Shown here in pieces: positions 39,548 through 49,933 of a stretch of 64,000 nt of DNA. The stretch's first letter is position 1; each line of letters starts with the position of its first letter. The DNA is from an uncultured Ignavibacteria bacterium (GTDB taxonomy: Bacteria; Bacteroidota; Ignavibacteria; Tepidaquicellales; OLB5), in assembly GCA_937873695.1 (NCBI GenBank), contig CALMYL010000008.1:173369-237368 (forward strand). The letters are read 5' to 3'. The notes beneath the pieces were generated by a model that ran no database searches, was not told where the DNA came from, and was given only the letters and a program-made list of their open reading frames with translations. A program made the position numbers and the translations under genes.

Positions 39548-40117
39548 CTAAGTGACACCATCTATCGCCTCAGCAATTGTCGTTCCGCCGTTTATGTCCG
39601 TACGGGGAACGGACGCTGCGAACTCATCTTTCAATTCATCCCATTTCTTGCCGATCTCGGTCTGATTCGGTACAAGCAATTCATCGGTGATCTCATCGCC
39701 ATCATTAAAATTCAGCTCACATGCATGCACGTTTTGGGGATTTTTATAATCATAAATAGGCATGCCAAATCTCCGGCAGATGACGGGTCTGGCTTCGTAG
39801 ATGGTGCATTCACCTTCGGAGCCAAGTGCAGGGCAGGGGACCCCCTCCCGCTTCGCGGACTCCCCCTTGCTAAGGGGGAGATGTGATAAGTAGTCCCGGG
39901 CTTTTTGCTGCAGCGCTTCGCGCTGCTCAGGAGGCAGTGACCTGATATGCTCGCCAATAATAAATGCATCAATATTGGTAATATTAAATATCTGTGAGCA
40001 GCATTTTGAGCAGCCCTTGCGGCATTGTATCTTATCGCCGTATGTATCCAGATTGCGGTCAAATTCCGCCTGAATCAGAGATGTAATATCGAAAAATTTT
40101 TGTTTAAAGTCTGCCAT
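39548..40117 (-). CDS. YkgJ-family (CxxCxxCC) cysteine-cluster protein
   Basis: It has CRKGCSKCCSQ and a second cluster, CPALGSEGECTIYEARPVICRRFG. I prefer the ATG at 40117 (MADFKQKFF) over the ORF-track start at 40189. Confidence 0.65.
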   Translation of the reverse strand: MADFKQKFFDITSLIQAEFDRNLDTYGDKIQCRKGCSKCCSQIFNITNIDAFIIGEHIRSLPPEQREALQQKARDYLSHLPLSKGESAKREGVPCPALGSEGECTIYEARPVICRRFGMPIYDYKNPQNVHACELNFNDGDEITDELLVPNQTEIGKKWDELKDEFAASVPRTDINGGTTIAEAIDGVT

Positions 40118-40249
40118 TTGTTGTGGAACAAATATACATATTCTGCCTATAATGTAATATTCCCAACAAACACAGGAATTTTCTATCACCTAAAAATGGT
40201 TTGAAATAGTGTGGAATTTAAAGTAAATTTACGGTTCTAATTTAAAATT

Positions 40250-41404
40250 ATGGCAAAAAAGGCATTAAATTACAGGTTTTTGGGCATTTTTATGGTTGTG
40301 ATCATCATGGGGTTAATGGTTACTCAGATTGATTATGGACAGGAAGCCAATAAATCAACCAAGATTGAAGAAACTATTGAAACGAACAATAACACCATAC
40401 AGCAGGGTTATACCAAAGTAACGCTTCCGCTGGAAAGTGTTGATAATATTGATGCCCAAATAGAGGAGTATTTGTTTGACCTTTGGCCTATAATGAATGA
40501 TGAAGAAATAGAGGCAATTAAAGGCAGCAAGGATATAGGCAAGAAACTTGTGAATGATACTCTTGGACTGGTTGAGTTCAGCCTTAATATCAATGTGCCT
40601 TCCCACTATCTTGACCCTGAGCCGACAATGCTGTGGGAGCTGAATATTCCCGAATTTACATCCCGCATTTACCAGATATATAATAACGATACAATACTGA
40701 TAACAGTCTGGCCAAACGTTGTAGGTGCTCCATCAACTAAAACTTACACCGGTTATTATAATATTTTCAGACTGCGCAACTGGCCAACATGGAAGGACCC
40801 TGAAAGCGACCCGCTTGAACCGGGTACACCGCCCGGACCGGGCAACCCGCTCGGGTTATTTGCCGCGCATTATGACGAGAACTCACTGCGCTATTTTCAC
40901 GGTACCAACAGGAACGGTCTGCTTAAAAATGAATACCGCGCACTTTCACACGGCTGTGTAAGGAATGATAACGGAAACATTGATAAAATGAAGAAGTTCA
41001 TTGTGAAGAAGATGGTTACCAGCCAGGATATCAGCTGGTGGGCAAACAGTAAAAAATCCATGATGTACAATTTTACCGAAGAAGAAAAACAGAAATTCCC
41101 GGTAAGAATAAAATACAAGACTTTTGAAATCGGGAACGATTCCTATGGTGATTACATTGTTTTCTTTAAGGATGTATATGGTTACGCCCGCGGTAACCGG
41201 TGGAGCAAGTTTGACAGGGAAGAGCTCATGATCTTTTCAACAGTTGAAAATATTGCCGCAGAATATAAAGCGGAACATAAACCGAATCAATTTCAATTAT
41301 CCGATGATAAATTAATACCAATTATTGAAAGCCTGATAGCAGATCACAAAGATTACGAAAAGTATTATTTTGATGATATTGTAACAGGTTCCGGAACAAA
41401 ATAA
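40250..41404 (+). CDS. L,D-transpeptidase (YkuD) domain protein
   Basis: It has an N-terminal TM/signal anchor and the catalytic motif HGTNRNGLLKNEYRALSHGCVRN. Confidence 0.7.
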   Translation: MAKKALNYRFLGIFMVVIIMGLMVTQIDYGQEANKSTKIEETIETNNNTIQQGYTKVTLPLESVDNIDAQIEEYLFDLWPIMNDEEIEAIKGSKDIGKKLVNDTLGLVEFSLNINVPSHYLDPEPTMLWELNIPEFTSRIYQIYNNDTILITVWPNVVGAPSTKTYTGYYNIFRLRNWPTWKDPESDPLEPGTPPGPGNPLGLFAAHYDENSLRYFHGTNRNGLLKNEYRALSHGCVRNDNGNIDKMKKFIVKKMVTSQDISWWANSKKSMMYNFTEEEKQKFPVRIKYKTFEIGNDSYGDYIVFFKDVYGYARGNRWSKFDREELMIFSTVENIAAEYKAEHKPNQFQLSDDKLIPIIESLIADHKDYEKYYFDDIVTGSGTK

Positions 41405-41460
41405 CAGCTAAACCGTTTCACTTTCTGCTGCGGGAAGCTTAACTATTCGACTGGTATTAT

Positions 41461-44400
41461 TTGAAGCGAAATCAGAAAATTACGCTGATCCTGTTTTTCA
41501 TCTTAGCCGGGGTAACATACTCCCAGCCTGAGACCTTTACCGATATTAATTATAAAAAATTCATAACAACCGTTGCCGGCGAAGACTCGCTTATTTCCCT
41601 TCCTGATAAATTCATCAGGTTTGGAAGTTTAACTATTTATTCTGACTCCGCAGCCATTAGCCCCGCGAATTATTATGTTGATTACCGTTTCGGAAAGATC
41701 AGGCTTTATAAATCCTTAATTGAAGATATTATAAACAGCGGGCAGCCTGAAAGGCTGCAGCTGATAATCACCTACAGGAATTTCCCTTTTGATATTGCAG
41801 ACAGCTATTCCAGGTTTGAGATCCTGACAAAACTGGATACCGCAAAAGGAGACAGTGTAAAGGTTGTTGAAATTAAAACCGATTTTGTAGAGGATATTTT
41901 CGCCGGAACTGATTTGCAGAAATCAGGAAGTATATTCCGGGGATTCACTGTTGGCAATAACCGTGATCTTTCGCTGCAATCAGGCTTCCGCCTGCAGTTA
42001 AACGGCAAGCTTTCAAGCGATATTGATATTACCGCTGCATTGACAGACGAAAATACTCCCATTCAGCCCGAAGGCAATACCCAAAAGCTGCAGGAAATTG
42101 ATAAGGTGTTTGTTGAATTGCGCTCAAGCAATATAACAACCACGCTTGGCGATATTGAAGTGAATTTTGCGGGGAGTGAATTCTTTAATTTCAATAAAAA
42201 ACTGCAGGGTGCAAAAGGATTTGCCAATTTCAATAAAACTGATCTCTTTTTGACCGGCGCCATAAGCCGGGGCAGATTCAACAGTAATACGTTCAATGGT
42301 CAGGATGGCGTACAGGGTCCTTACCGCCTGATCGGCGCGGATAATGAAGTGAATATTGTGGTAATTGCGGGCAGTGAAAAAGTTTATCTTGACGGGATTC
42401 TAATGACAAGGGGCGAAAGTAATGATTATACTATTGATTACTCCAATGGTCAGATAAAATTTACCAATAACAGACTGATTACAAATGCATCAAGAATTGT
42501 TGTGGATTTTGAATATTCCGATAAAAAATATTCCCGAAGTTTTATTGCGGGTCAAACCAAAACTGCTGTTATAAATGACAGAATAAAACTCTCATTTTCT
42601 TACCTGCGTGAGCGTGATGACCCGGATAAACCTATAGATTTTACATTATCAGATACTGACCGCACGATAATTTCTGAAGCGGGAGATAATAAATTTCTTG
42701 CATCTAAAAGCGGGGTTGTATTTGTGGGCAGAGATTCTCTTGGTAACTCACTCGGTTTATACATAAAGCGTGATACGGTCATTAATTCCCAAAACTTCAC
42801 AAAGTATATTTATGCACCCGGCGATACTTCGGCTCTTTATCAGGTTTCGTTCTCATTTGTGGGCGCCGGCAAAGGTGATTATAACAGTTTAAGCAGTAAC
42901 GCGTATGTGTTTGCGGGAATTGGGCAGGGGGGATACCTCCCGTTAGTTTTCTTCCCATTACCGGTAGCATACCAATCCGCTGATGTTGGAATGGACCTGC
43001 GGATAACGAAAGATCTTTCGCTGATACTTGAAGGCGCGGCAAGTGATTTTGATGCCAATTTGTTAAGTGATTTTGATGACACAGAAAATAAAGGGGGAGC
43101 ATTCACATCATCACTTATATTTTCACCTAAAAATTTCAGGTTAGGCGGCCTTTCACTGGGTGAAGTGCAATTCACTTTGAGACAAAGAGTCATAAATAAG
43201 TTATACAATGCTGTTGACAGGCTGAATAGTGTTGAATATAACCGCGTATGGGATATCCAGGATTCTAGCAAACTCACCGAAGTAACCACGGAAGCGGGGC
43301 TAAGCATTAATCCGCAAAAATATTTCAGGGTAACAACATCCGCAGGCAGGATAAAACGCGGAGATACGTTCAATTCTTTAAGGGGAGCAGTGGACCTTAA
43401 ATTCGAAGGAGATAGCCTTCGTGCGCCATCATTCACTTATTATGCTGATTATATTTCAAGCAAAGATAACTCTCTTGATTACGGCGGCAACTGGATAAGG
43501 CAGTATGGTGCAATTGATTATGAGCTCAGGCCTTTCAGTAATGCAAAACTTGGGAAGTATAATTTGATTTTGGAATTCAGCGGTGAAGATAAACAAACCC
43601 GTTCGCTTACTTTTGATACAACCAACATCGGCAGCTTCAGGTTCTATGAATTCAAACCCAAATTATTAATAACTGATCTTTATAATTTAGACCTGGCTTA
43701 CCAATTCAACTACCGATTTGATGACCAGTTCAGTAAGGGAACAATTTCACGGCAGTCAAATTCATACACAAGTACAATTGGTATCAGAGTTAAGAACCTG
43801 AATTTCCTTTCAGCTTCAGGGGATATAGTAATGTATGATAAGAAGTATACTCCTGACTTTCAGTCGTTGGGATTTGTTGATTCCAGAACAATACTGGTAA
43901 CTTCACAAAGTAATATTTGGTTTTTAAACCGCGGATTTAATACAAACCTGTTCTATAAAGTTTCAAGTGAACGTACAGCAAGGCAGGAAGTAGTATTCAT
44001 TGCTGTACCGATAGGAACGGGAAATTACAAGTACATTGGTGATATTAACAGAAACGGATTGCAGGATGAAAACGAGTTTGTACTTACCAGTTTTGATGGT
44101 GATTATATAAAAATATTAAGACCCACTGACCAGCTTTTCCCTACTACAGACCTGCAAAGCTCCGCTTCGCTTAATCTTGTACCTTCCAGATTCCTTGCGG
44201 CAATATCAGATGGTATATTAAAAACAATTGTGAATAACATCACTTCAGATACATACGTAAGCGTTTCTGAAAAAAGCAAAGATCCTTTGCAACGTAATAT
44301 TTACCTGCTGAAGTTCAGTACATTTCAGAACAATGAGAATACAATTGCCGGTGCAACAACAATACAGCAGGATCTTGGCGTATTCGAAAATTCCGAGTAT

Positions 44401-44994
44401 TTCGGAGTAAAGCTTAGGTTTGTTCAGCGCAAAGGCTTTAACCAGTTCTTTTCAGGGAATGAAAGAGTACTTAATGTAGAAAGAACCGCAAGACTCAGGT
44501 TATCATTTACACCTGATCTTGCACTGATAACCGATTATGTAACTCAAATTGAACGGAATTTCGCGCCCTCGGTTGAGATCCGCAATTGGAATATCAATAC
44601 TGAAGGTGTTACATCAGAAATTGTTTATAAGCCAATTGCTTCAGTTGAGGCGGGATTCAAGGTCTCGTTGAAACGTGCAAAGGACGTGTTCCCCATTGTG
44701 AACACGCAGGCTGATATCAATGTTCAGACCTTCAGGCTGACATATTCACTTTCAGGCAAAGGTACTCTGCGAAGTGAAATTTCAAGAAATGAAGTATTGC
44801 TGAACACAAATCCCGCTTTTGTTCCGTTTGATCTTACTAAAGGGTTAGTTGCAGGAAAGAGCTATTTCTGGTCTTTGAACTTTGAATACAGGATCAGTAA
44901 TTTTATACAGGCTACAATAAATTATTTCGGCAGGGCAGAAGATAAATCAAGAGTGATACATACAGGAACTGCCGAAATAAGAGCATACTTCTAA
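41461..44994 (+). CDS. Very large (1177 aa) outer-membrane beta-barrel-like protein of unknown function
   Basis: The start is TTG and there is a signal peptide (LFFILAGVTYSQ). It has a long beta-rich sequence and a C-terminal ...EIRAYF aromatic terminus typical of OMPs. Confidence 0.5.
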   Translation: MKRNQKITLILFFILAGVTYSQPETFTDINYKKFITTVAGEDSLISLPDKFIRFGSLTIYSDSAAISPANYYVDYRFGKIRLYKSLIEDIINSGQPERLQLIITYRNFPFDIADSYSRFEILTKLDTAKGDSVKVVEIKTDFVEDIFAGTDLQKSGSIFRGFTVGNNRDLSLQSGFRLQLNGKLSSDIDITAALTDENTPIQPEGNTQKLQEIDKVFVELRSSNITTTLGDIEVNFAGSEFFNFNKKLQGAKGFANFNKTDLFLTGAISRGRFNSNTFNGQDGVQGPYRLIGADNEVNIVVIAGSEKVYLDGILMTRGESNDYTIDYSNGQIKFTNNRLITNASRIVVDFEYSDKKYSRSFIAGQTKTAVINDRIKLSFSYLRERDDPDKPIDFTLSDTDRTIISEAGDNKFLASKSGVVFVGRDSLGNSLGLYIKRDTVINSQNFTKYIYAPGDTSALYQVSFSFVGAGKGDYNSLSSNAYVFAGIGQGGYLPLVFFPLPVAYQSADVGMDLRITKDLSLILEGAASDFDANLLSDFDDTENKGGAFTSSLIFSPKNFRLGGLSLGEVQFTLRQRVINKLYNAVDRLNSVEYNRVWDIQDSSKLTEVTTEAGLSINPQKYFRVTTSAGRIKRGDTFNSLRGAVDLKFEGDSLRAPSFTYYADYISSKDNSLDYGGNWIRQYGAIDYELRPFSNAKLGKYNLILEFSGEDKQTRSLTFDTTNIGSFRFYEFKPKLLITDLYNLDLAYQFNYRFDDQFSKGTISRQSNSYTSTIGIRVKNLNFLSASGDIVMYDKKYTPDFQSLGFVDSRTILVTSQSNIWFLNRGFNTNLFYKVSSERTARQEVVFIAVPIGTGNYKYIGDINRNGLQDENEFVLTSFDGDYIKILRPTDQLFPTTDLQSSASLNLVPSRFLAAISDGILKTIVNNITSDTYVSVSEKSKDPLQRNIYLLKFSTFQNNENTIAGATTIQQDLGVFENSEYFGVKLRFVQRKGFNQFFSGNERVLNVERTARLRLSFTPDLALITDYVTQIERNFAPSVEIRNWNINTEGVTSEIVYKPIASVEAGFKVSLKRAKDVFPIVNTQADINVQTFRLTYSLSGKGTLRSEISRNEVLLNTNPAFVPFDLTKGLVAGKSYFWSLNFEYRISNFIQATINYFGRAEDKSRVIHTGTAEIRAYF

Positions 44995-45005
44995 CGTATT
45001 TAGTC

Positions 45006-45058
45006 TTGGAATGCATCAACTGTGTTGATGCCGCATTGACGCAGTCAATGCATTCCAA
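45006..45058. other. Three-way nested hairpin element immediately after the large OMP gene
   Basis: The outer 11-bp stem is TTGGAATGCAT (45006-16) / ATGCATTCCAA (45048-58). It encloses CATCAAC-TGT-GTTGATG and CATTGAC-GCA-GTCAATG. Confidence 0.6.
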
Positions 45059-45085
45059 AAAATACAATTTTATTAAGATTATAAT

Positions 45086-45625
45086 ATGAGAAAACTTACA
45101 CACGAAGAAGTCGGTAAAAAGCGTATTACGCTAGATGAAACCAAAAAGATCAAGCGGCATCCGGTATATGCTCTGGCGGATAATATTCGAAGCATATATA
45201 ATGTTGGCTCAATTTTCCGCACCAGCGATGCTGCCTTGATAGAGAAGCTTTATCTTACCGGTTATACGCCTTATCCGCCAAGACAGGAAATTGAAAAAGT
45301 TGCGTTAGGCGCGACTGAAGCTGTGCCATGGGAGTATATCAAGGATCCTATGGAGGCTGTAAAGAAGATAAAAGAACAGGGAATCAAAATTGTACCGCTG
45401 GAAATCACCCAAAACAGCAGGAATTACACGGAAATTGAAGCTTCTGAATTTCCTTTATGCCTTATACTCGGCAATGAGCTGACAGGTGTATCAAATGATA
45501 TTATTGAGCTTTCGGATTTTTCAATTGAAATACCGCAATTCGGTTTCAAGCATTCTATAAATGTTTCAGTGGCATATGGAGTAGCGGTTATGGAGTTAGT
45601 AAGAAGCTTCAAAAAAAGTTCTTAG
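45086..45625 (+). CDS. SpoU/TrmH-family RNA 2'-O-methyltransferase
   Basis: It has the NVGSIFRTSDA, LILGNELTGVS and IPQFGFKHSINVSVAYGV motifs. Confidence 0.75.
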   Translation: MRKLTHEEVGKKRITLDETKKIKRHPVYALADNIRSIYNVGSIFRTSDAALIEKLYLTGYTPYPPRQEIEKVALGATEAVPWEYIKDPMEAVKKIKEQGIKIVPLEITQNSRNYTEIEASEFPLCLILGNELTGVSNDIIELSDFSIEIPQFGFKHSINVSVAYGVAVMELVRSFKKSS

Positions 45626-46697
45626 AAGTTTTTTTTCTTTTTAGGATGGAAATAATCCGCATACCTGCACCGGGTTTTCCGTAGACATTACTGAAATTCC
45701 GTTTCTTTTTCAAAGAAATATCGACACATTTCAGGATTTTATCAGATTTAAAACCCGCCAGTATATTAGCATTGTTCTTTAAGGTTTCATTTCTTTCTGT
45801 GTTATCTCTAATAGTAACGCAAGGTGTTTTTAAAATACACGCCTCTTCCTGGACGCATCCGCTGTCTGTTAGGATGAGCCGTGCTGATTTCTGTAATGAA
45901 ACAGAATGCAGAAATGATACGGGAGATATTAAGGATATCCCGGATGTTAATTCAGTTTTCAGATTATATTTTTCTAAATAGGATTTTGTTCTGGGATGCA
46001 GTGGAAATATTATTTTTAAACCAGTCGTGCTTTTAATTTTCCTAAGTACATCTATAAATGTCTTCATCCTGTGCTGAGAATCTGTAAATTCTTTTCTGTG
46101 CATAGTAACAAAAATATAGTCTCCAAAGTCAGTTTTGAATTGTTTGGCATATTCCTTAATAACTTTCTGTTTGGAATATATTACGTCCACGGTTGTATTG
46201 CCAACATTGTAAATTTTTCCTCTTAGTCCCTCTGTCTTAAGTAAAAGTTCTTTCTGATACTTTGTGTACGTAAACAGATAGTGTGCTGAAAAATCTGCAT
46301 ATATCCGATTGCGTTCTTCATACATATATTTATCGAAACTCCGCAACCCTGCTTCAATGTGTGCAATACTGATATCTGTTTGTATTCCTGCTACTGTTCC
46401 TACTAATGATGTAGTTGTATCACCGTTTACAATGATTAGGCTGAATTTCTCCTTTAGAATATATTTGATCAAATTATCAATACATTCACCAATTCTGAAT
46501 TTTTTCATCAGAATTTTGTCGGGTTTGTAAGTCAGTTCATCAAATATAAGTTCATTCATAAGGTAGTCATTATGTTGATTTGTGTAAACCACTTTATGGG
46601 AGACTTTCTGTTGTTTCAGTGCCATGACCACAGAATAATTTTTTATGATTTCGGGTCGGGTTCCTAAAAGCAACAAAATCTTAAGGTTATTTTTCAT
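45609..46697 (-). CDS. UDP-N-acetylglucosamine 2-epimerase-like protein (WecB family)
   Basis: It has LLLGTRPEIIK, VNGDTTTSL and HIEAGLRSFD...EERNR. It is somewhat AT-rich, and its 3' end overlaps the trmH-like 3' end by 17 nt. Confidence 0.7.
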   Translation of the reverse strand: MKNNLKILLLLGTRPEIIKNYSVVMALKQQKVSHKVVYTNQHNDYLMNELIFDELTYKPDKILMKKFRIGECIDNLIKYILKEKFSLIIVNGDTTTSLVGTVAGIQTDISIAHIEAGLRSFDKYMYEERNRIYADFSAHYLFTYTKYQKELLLKTEGLRGKIYNVGNTTVDVIYSKQKVIKEYAKQFKTDFGDYIFVTMHRKEFTDSQHRMKTFIDVLRKIKSTTGLKIIFPLHPRTKSYLEKYNLKTELTSGISLISPVSFLHSVSLQKSARLILTDSGCVQEEACILKTPCVTIRDNTERNETLKNNANILAGFKSDKILKCVDISLKKKRNFSNVYGKPGAGMRIISILKRKKTSKNFF

Positions 46698-46713
46698 ATA
46701 ATATACTAAATGT

Positions 46714-47274
46714 TTATGAGTTGATAATCTTAGTAAAGAAAGACTTGGCGACGCTCATGTTTCCCTTTTCGCTGAAATGGACGCTATCTTCAAAACATTC
46801 AATGCTGAGGTCAAATCTAACAAGTTCAATCCTCTTATCATTACTGCAAATTTCATTGATTACATTGTTAAGCTCAATTCGCTTTTCTATAGTTTCTTTA
46901 GGGAAAAAAGGATGTGCATTTTGTACTATACCGGGAATTTCGCCCAAATATATTCTTTTTCCTTTTTTAATATAAATTGCATCAAGCAATTGCTGCAAGT
47001 AGGACTTAAAAATTGAACTATCTGAAAGCTCTGAACAATCGTTTGTGCCAATAAGTACACAACTTAGATAAGTATCAGTAAGTTTTTCAAGCTCCCAGTT
47101 AACTTTAAACCAAAGATCTCTTGCTGTGTATCCGTTTACTCCGCGATTAATGGCTCTCCAGTTATAAGGAGTTGCTGAATTCAACAAGTCTACAAGGTAC
47201 ATGGGGAAACAGCCATAAGTTCTTGCTCCAAATGTCAGACTATCTCCCCAGAAAACTATGTTATTATAATTCAT
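46714..47274 (-). CDS. SGNH/GDSL-family hydrolase
   Basis: It has block I VFWGDSLTFG, GxND (IGTNDC) and a C-terminal D..H (EDSVHFS). Confidence 0.65.
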   Translation of the reverse strand: MNYNNIVFWGDSLTFGARTYGCFPMYLVDLLNSATPYNWRAINRGVNGYTARDLWFKVNWELEKLTDTYLSCVLIGTNDCSELSDSSIFKSYLQQLLDAIYIKKGKRIYLGEIPGIVQNAHPFFPKETIEKRIELNNVINEICSNDKRIELVRFDLSIECFEDSVHFSEKGNMSVAKSFFTKIINS

Positions 47275-47306
47275 AAAACTAAAATAGCGAAAGTTTACTT
47301 TTATTT

Positions 47307-48866
47307 CTACTTCATTTGTATGCCAGACAGGTAAGTGGATAATCTAAAATAGAGCATCTTGAGAAGTTCATTAGTCTCTGTGATTCCATCATCCATTACA
47401 ACAAAATCAGCAACTTTTCCTTTGCTGATACTCCCAACAGCGTCTTCGTTATGATTTGAATATGCATTATTTATAGTATAAGCCTTAAGGCATTCATGCA
47501 GCGAAATTTTATGCTGAGGTGTGAATTCTCCGTCATCTGTAATTCTTGTCACCGCAAGCCTGATATTCTCAAATGGGTCAGCTTCAACAGTTGGGAAGTC
47601 AGTTCCGAAATTAAGCATGCCCCCATACGGCATAATATGTGCATAGTTGTGAGTATTCGGGATCAGTTTATCAGGCAGTTTTTCTAATACAGTATGTGCA
47701 TCGTATTTCAAATGTATCGGCTGAACTGATGCTAATATACCATAATTGCCGAACTTGTTATAATCATCCGGTTTAATATGCTGCGAATGTTCTATACGGT
47801 GACGTAGCATTTTCGTGTTTGCCAAGCCTGCGTACAATTCAATCACTTCATTAACAGCCTTATCGCCTATGGCGTGTATTATCATCTGCATTCCTGCAGA
47901 ATCAATTTGTTTAGCAAGTTCATATATCCTGCCTGATTTTACTATTTCTGTTTTTAAACCACTGGATGAGCTTCCTTTGTAATTGTGTGAAAACAATGCC
48001 GTTTCAGAACCCAGTGCTCCATCCCAGAATGCTTTGAAGCCGCTTATTGTATAGTAATCTTTACTTATCAGGGAAATTTTATCTTTGTAAATTTGCAGGT
48101 TTTCAAATTCTGTAAAGGGAATATAGGAGTTGATCCTGAGTTTTAATTTATCACGTTTCCATAGCTCAATATATACTTCAATATCTTCAGGTAAAGTAAT
48201 ATCACTGACCGAAGTAATTCCGTATTTGTGGAGCATTGCAATGCATTCAGTTACCGCATTTACCTTTTCTTCAAGTGTGGCAGGAGGGATAGCATTATAG
48301 ACCACATTCATAACGCTTTCGCTTATGAATCCTGTTAAGTCACCGGTTGTGGATACTTCTGCTTCGTCCTTCGGGAAATTATCTGTTTTATAGTTCATCC
48401 CAGCCGCGACCAGTGCTTTGGTATTACATATTGCGGAGTGATAATCATAATTTGTGATGTAAAGGGGCAGCTCAGAAAATATTTCATCAATAACATTACC
48501 TGCCTGTTTTGAGTGACCAGCGAAAAGTCTGTTCAGGTCAAGATTTCCGCCTACAACCCAGCTTACTTTGTTATCTCTAAGGTACTTACTGATTGCGTCT
48601 TTTAGTCCATCAATTGAATTGATTTTAGAACAATCCAGCCTCTTCATCATCAGCGCGCCGTTTACAAGATGCAGGTGACCATCAATCAGTCCCGGCAGAA
48701 CAAGTCTGCCTTTAAGATTAATTATTTCTGTATAATTATTTCGCAGGGAGTCTGCCTCTGCATCTGTACCCGAAAAATCAAAATGCCCGTTCTTAACACC
48801 AAAGCTTTCTGTAAAACTGCCATCCGGCTGCCAGACTTTGCCATTAATGAAAAGTGTTGAGCTCAT
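47307..48866 (-). CDS. Amidohydrolase-family metal-dependent hydrolase (YtcJ-like)
   Basis: It has PGLIDGHLHL near the N-terminus, internal HAIGD and a C-terminal GSISKGKVADFVV. It is ~519 aa. Confidence 0.75.
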   Translation of the reverse strand: MSSTLFINGKVWQPDGSFTESFGVKNGHFDFSGTDAEADSLRNNYTEIINLKGRLVLPGLIDGHLHLVNGALMMKRLDCSKINSIDGLKDAISKYLRDNKVSWVVGGNLDLNRLFAGHSKQAGNVIDEIFSELPLYITNYDYHSAICNTKALVAAGMNYKTDNFPKDEAEVSTTGDLTGFISESVMNVVYNAIPPATLEEKVNAVTECIAMLHKYGITSVSDITLPEDIEVYIELWKRDKLKLRINSYIPFTEFENLQIYKDKISLISKDYYTISGFKAFWDGALGSETALFSHNYKGSSSSGLKTEIVKSGRIYELAKQIDSAGMQMIIHAIGDKAVNEVIELYAGLANTKMLRHRIEHSQHIKPDDYNKFGNYGILASVQPIHLKYDAHTVLEKLPDKLIPNTHNYAHIMPYGGMLNFGTDFPTVEADPFENIRLAVTRITDDGEFTPQHKISLHECLKAYTINNAYSNHNEDAVGSISKGKVADFVVMDDGITETNELLKMLYFRLSTYLSGIQMK

Positions 48867-48874
48867 AAACTGAA

Positions 48875-49873
48875 TTACTTTTCATCTTTAAGATTTCGAG
48901 TCATTAGTTTTTCTGTTGCATGGTGCGGGTCTTTACCAAGGAAGAGTACCTTGTAAACCTGCTCTATTATCGGAAGCTCAACTCCGAGTTTTTGGGCTAG
49001 TTCGTGGGTTGATTCAGTTGTCGCAACACCTTCTGCAACCATTTTCATTTCAGCAAGTACCTGCTTCAGTTTCTTTCCCTTGCCAACCTCTTCACCTACA
49101 AAGCGGTTACGGGAGTGTTTGCTCATGCATGTAACAATTAGATCACCTATCCCGGATAGCCCCATGAAGGTATGTTCGTGAGCGCCAAAGCGCATACCGA
49201 ATCTTGTGATCTCCCTGATACCGCGAGTCATAATAGCGGCCTTTGTATTATCACCAAAACCTGCGCCGTCAGCAATTCCCGCCGCTATCGCAATAACATT
49301 CTTCAATGCGCCGCCAAGCTCAACACCAATAACATCACTGCTTTTGTAAACCCTGAAGTATTTATTTGAAAAAGCTTTTTGTATGACTTCCGAGTTCTTC
49401 TCATCATAACCGGCAGCGGCAACAGCTGTGGGGATATGTTTTGCAACTTCTTCGGCGTGTGAGGGACCCGAAAGAACAGTGATGTTTTTCTTATGGATAT
49501 TTTTAAAAACATCCTGAAATATCTGCGAGACTGTCATAAGACTGTGGTTCTCTATCCCTTTAGAAACACTAAGGATCACCCGGTTGGTAAAATCTATATT
49601 CTTAATATTCTCAATAACGCTGCGAATAAACTGTGTTGGAGTAGCAACAACTATCATATCGGCATTCTTAACTGCCTCACTGATTTCGCAGCTAATAGTG
49701 ATCTTTTCCGGAATTCTTATTTTTGGAAGATAATAGAAATTTTCGCGGTATTCGTTAAGTGTATGGGCATATTCTTTGTCATACTCCCATAAAGTGACCT
49801 TATGCCTGTTGTTATGGAGGATAATCCCGAGTGCTGTACCCCAGCCGCCTGATCCTAAAATACATACGTTCAT
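48875..49873 (-). CDS. gpsA: NAD(P)H-dependent glycerol-3-phosphate dehydrogenase
   Basis: It has ILGSGGWGTALG, SKGIE, GALKNVIAIAAGI and MTRG...G. Confidence 0.9.
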   Translation of the reverse strand: MNVCILGSGGWGTALGIILHNNRHKVTLWEYDKEYAHTLNEYRENFYYLPKIRIPEKITISCEISEAVKNADMIVVATPTQFIRSVIENIKNIDFTNRVILSVSKGIENHSLMTVSQIFQDVFKNIHKKNITVLSGPSHAEEVAKHIPTAVAAAGYDEKNSEVIQKAFSNKYFRVYKSSDVIGVELGGALKNVIAIAAGIADGAGFGDNTKAAIMTRGIREITRFGMRFGAHEHTFMGLSGIGDLIVTCMSKHSRNRFVGEEVGKGKKLKQVLAEMKMVAEGVATTESTHELAQKLGVELPIIEQVYKVLFLGKDPHHATEKLMTRNLKDEK

Positions 49874-49933
49874 ATAAGCTAATTTATCTATAAAAAATTA
49901 CTTATAAAATGTCATTTTAAATAGGAAACAGGA

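Noticed and set aside
45609-47274. The slightly AT-rich wecB-like plus SGNH hydrolase pair as a novel system.
   Set aside because: Both have ordinary family motifs and a plausible cell-envelope glycan role. They lie in line with the downstream amidohydrolase and gpsA genes, with nothing unusual beyond composition and a 17-nt convergent overlap with the trmH-like gene.
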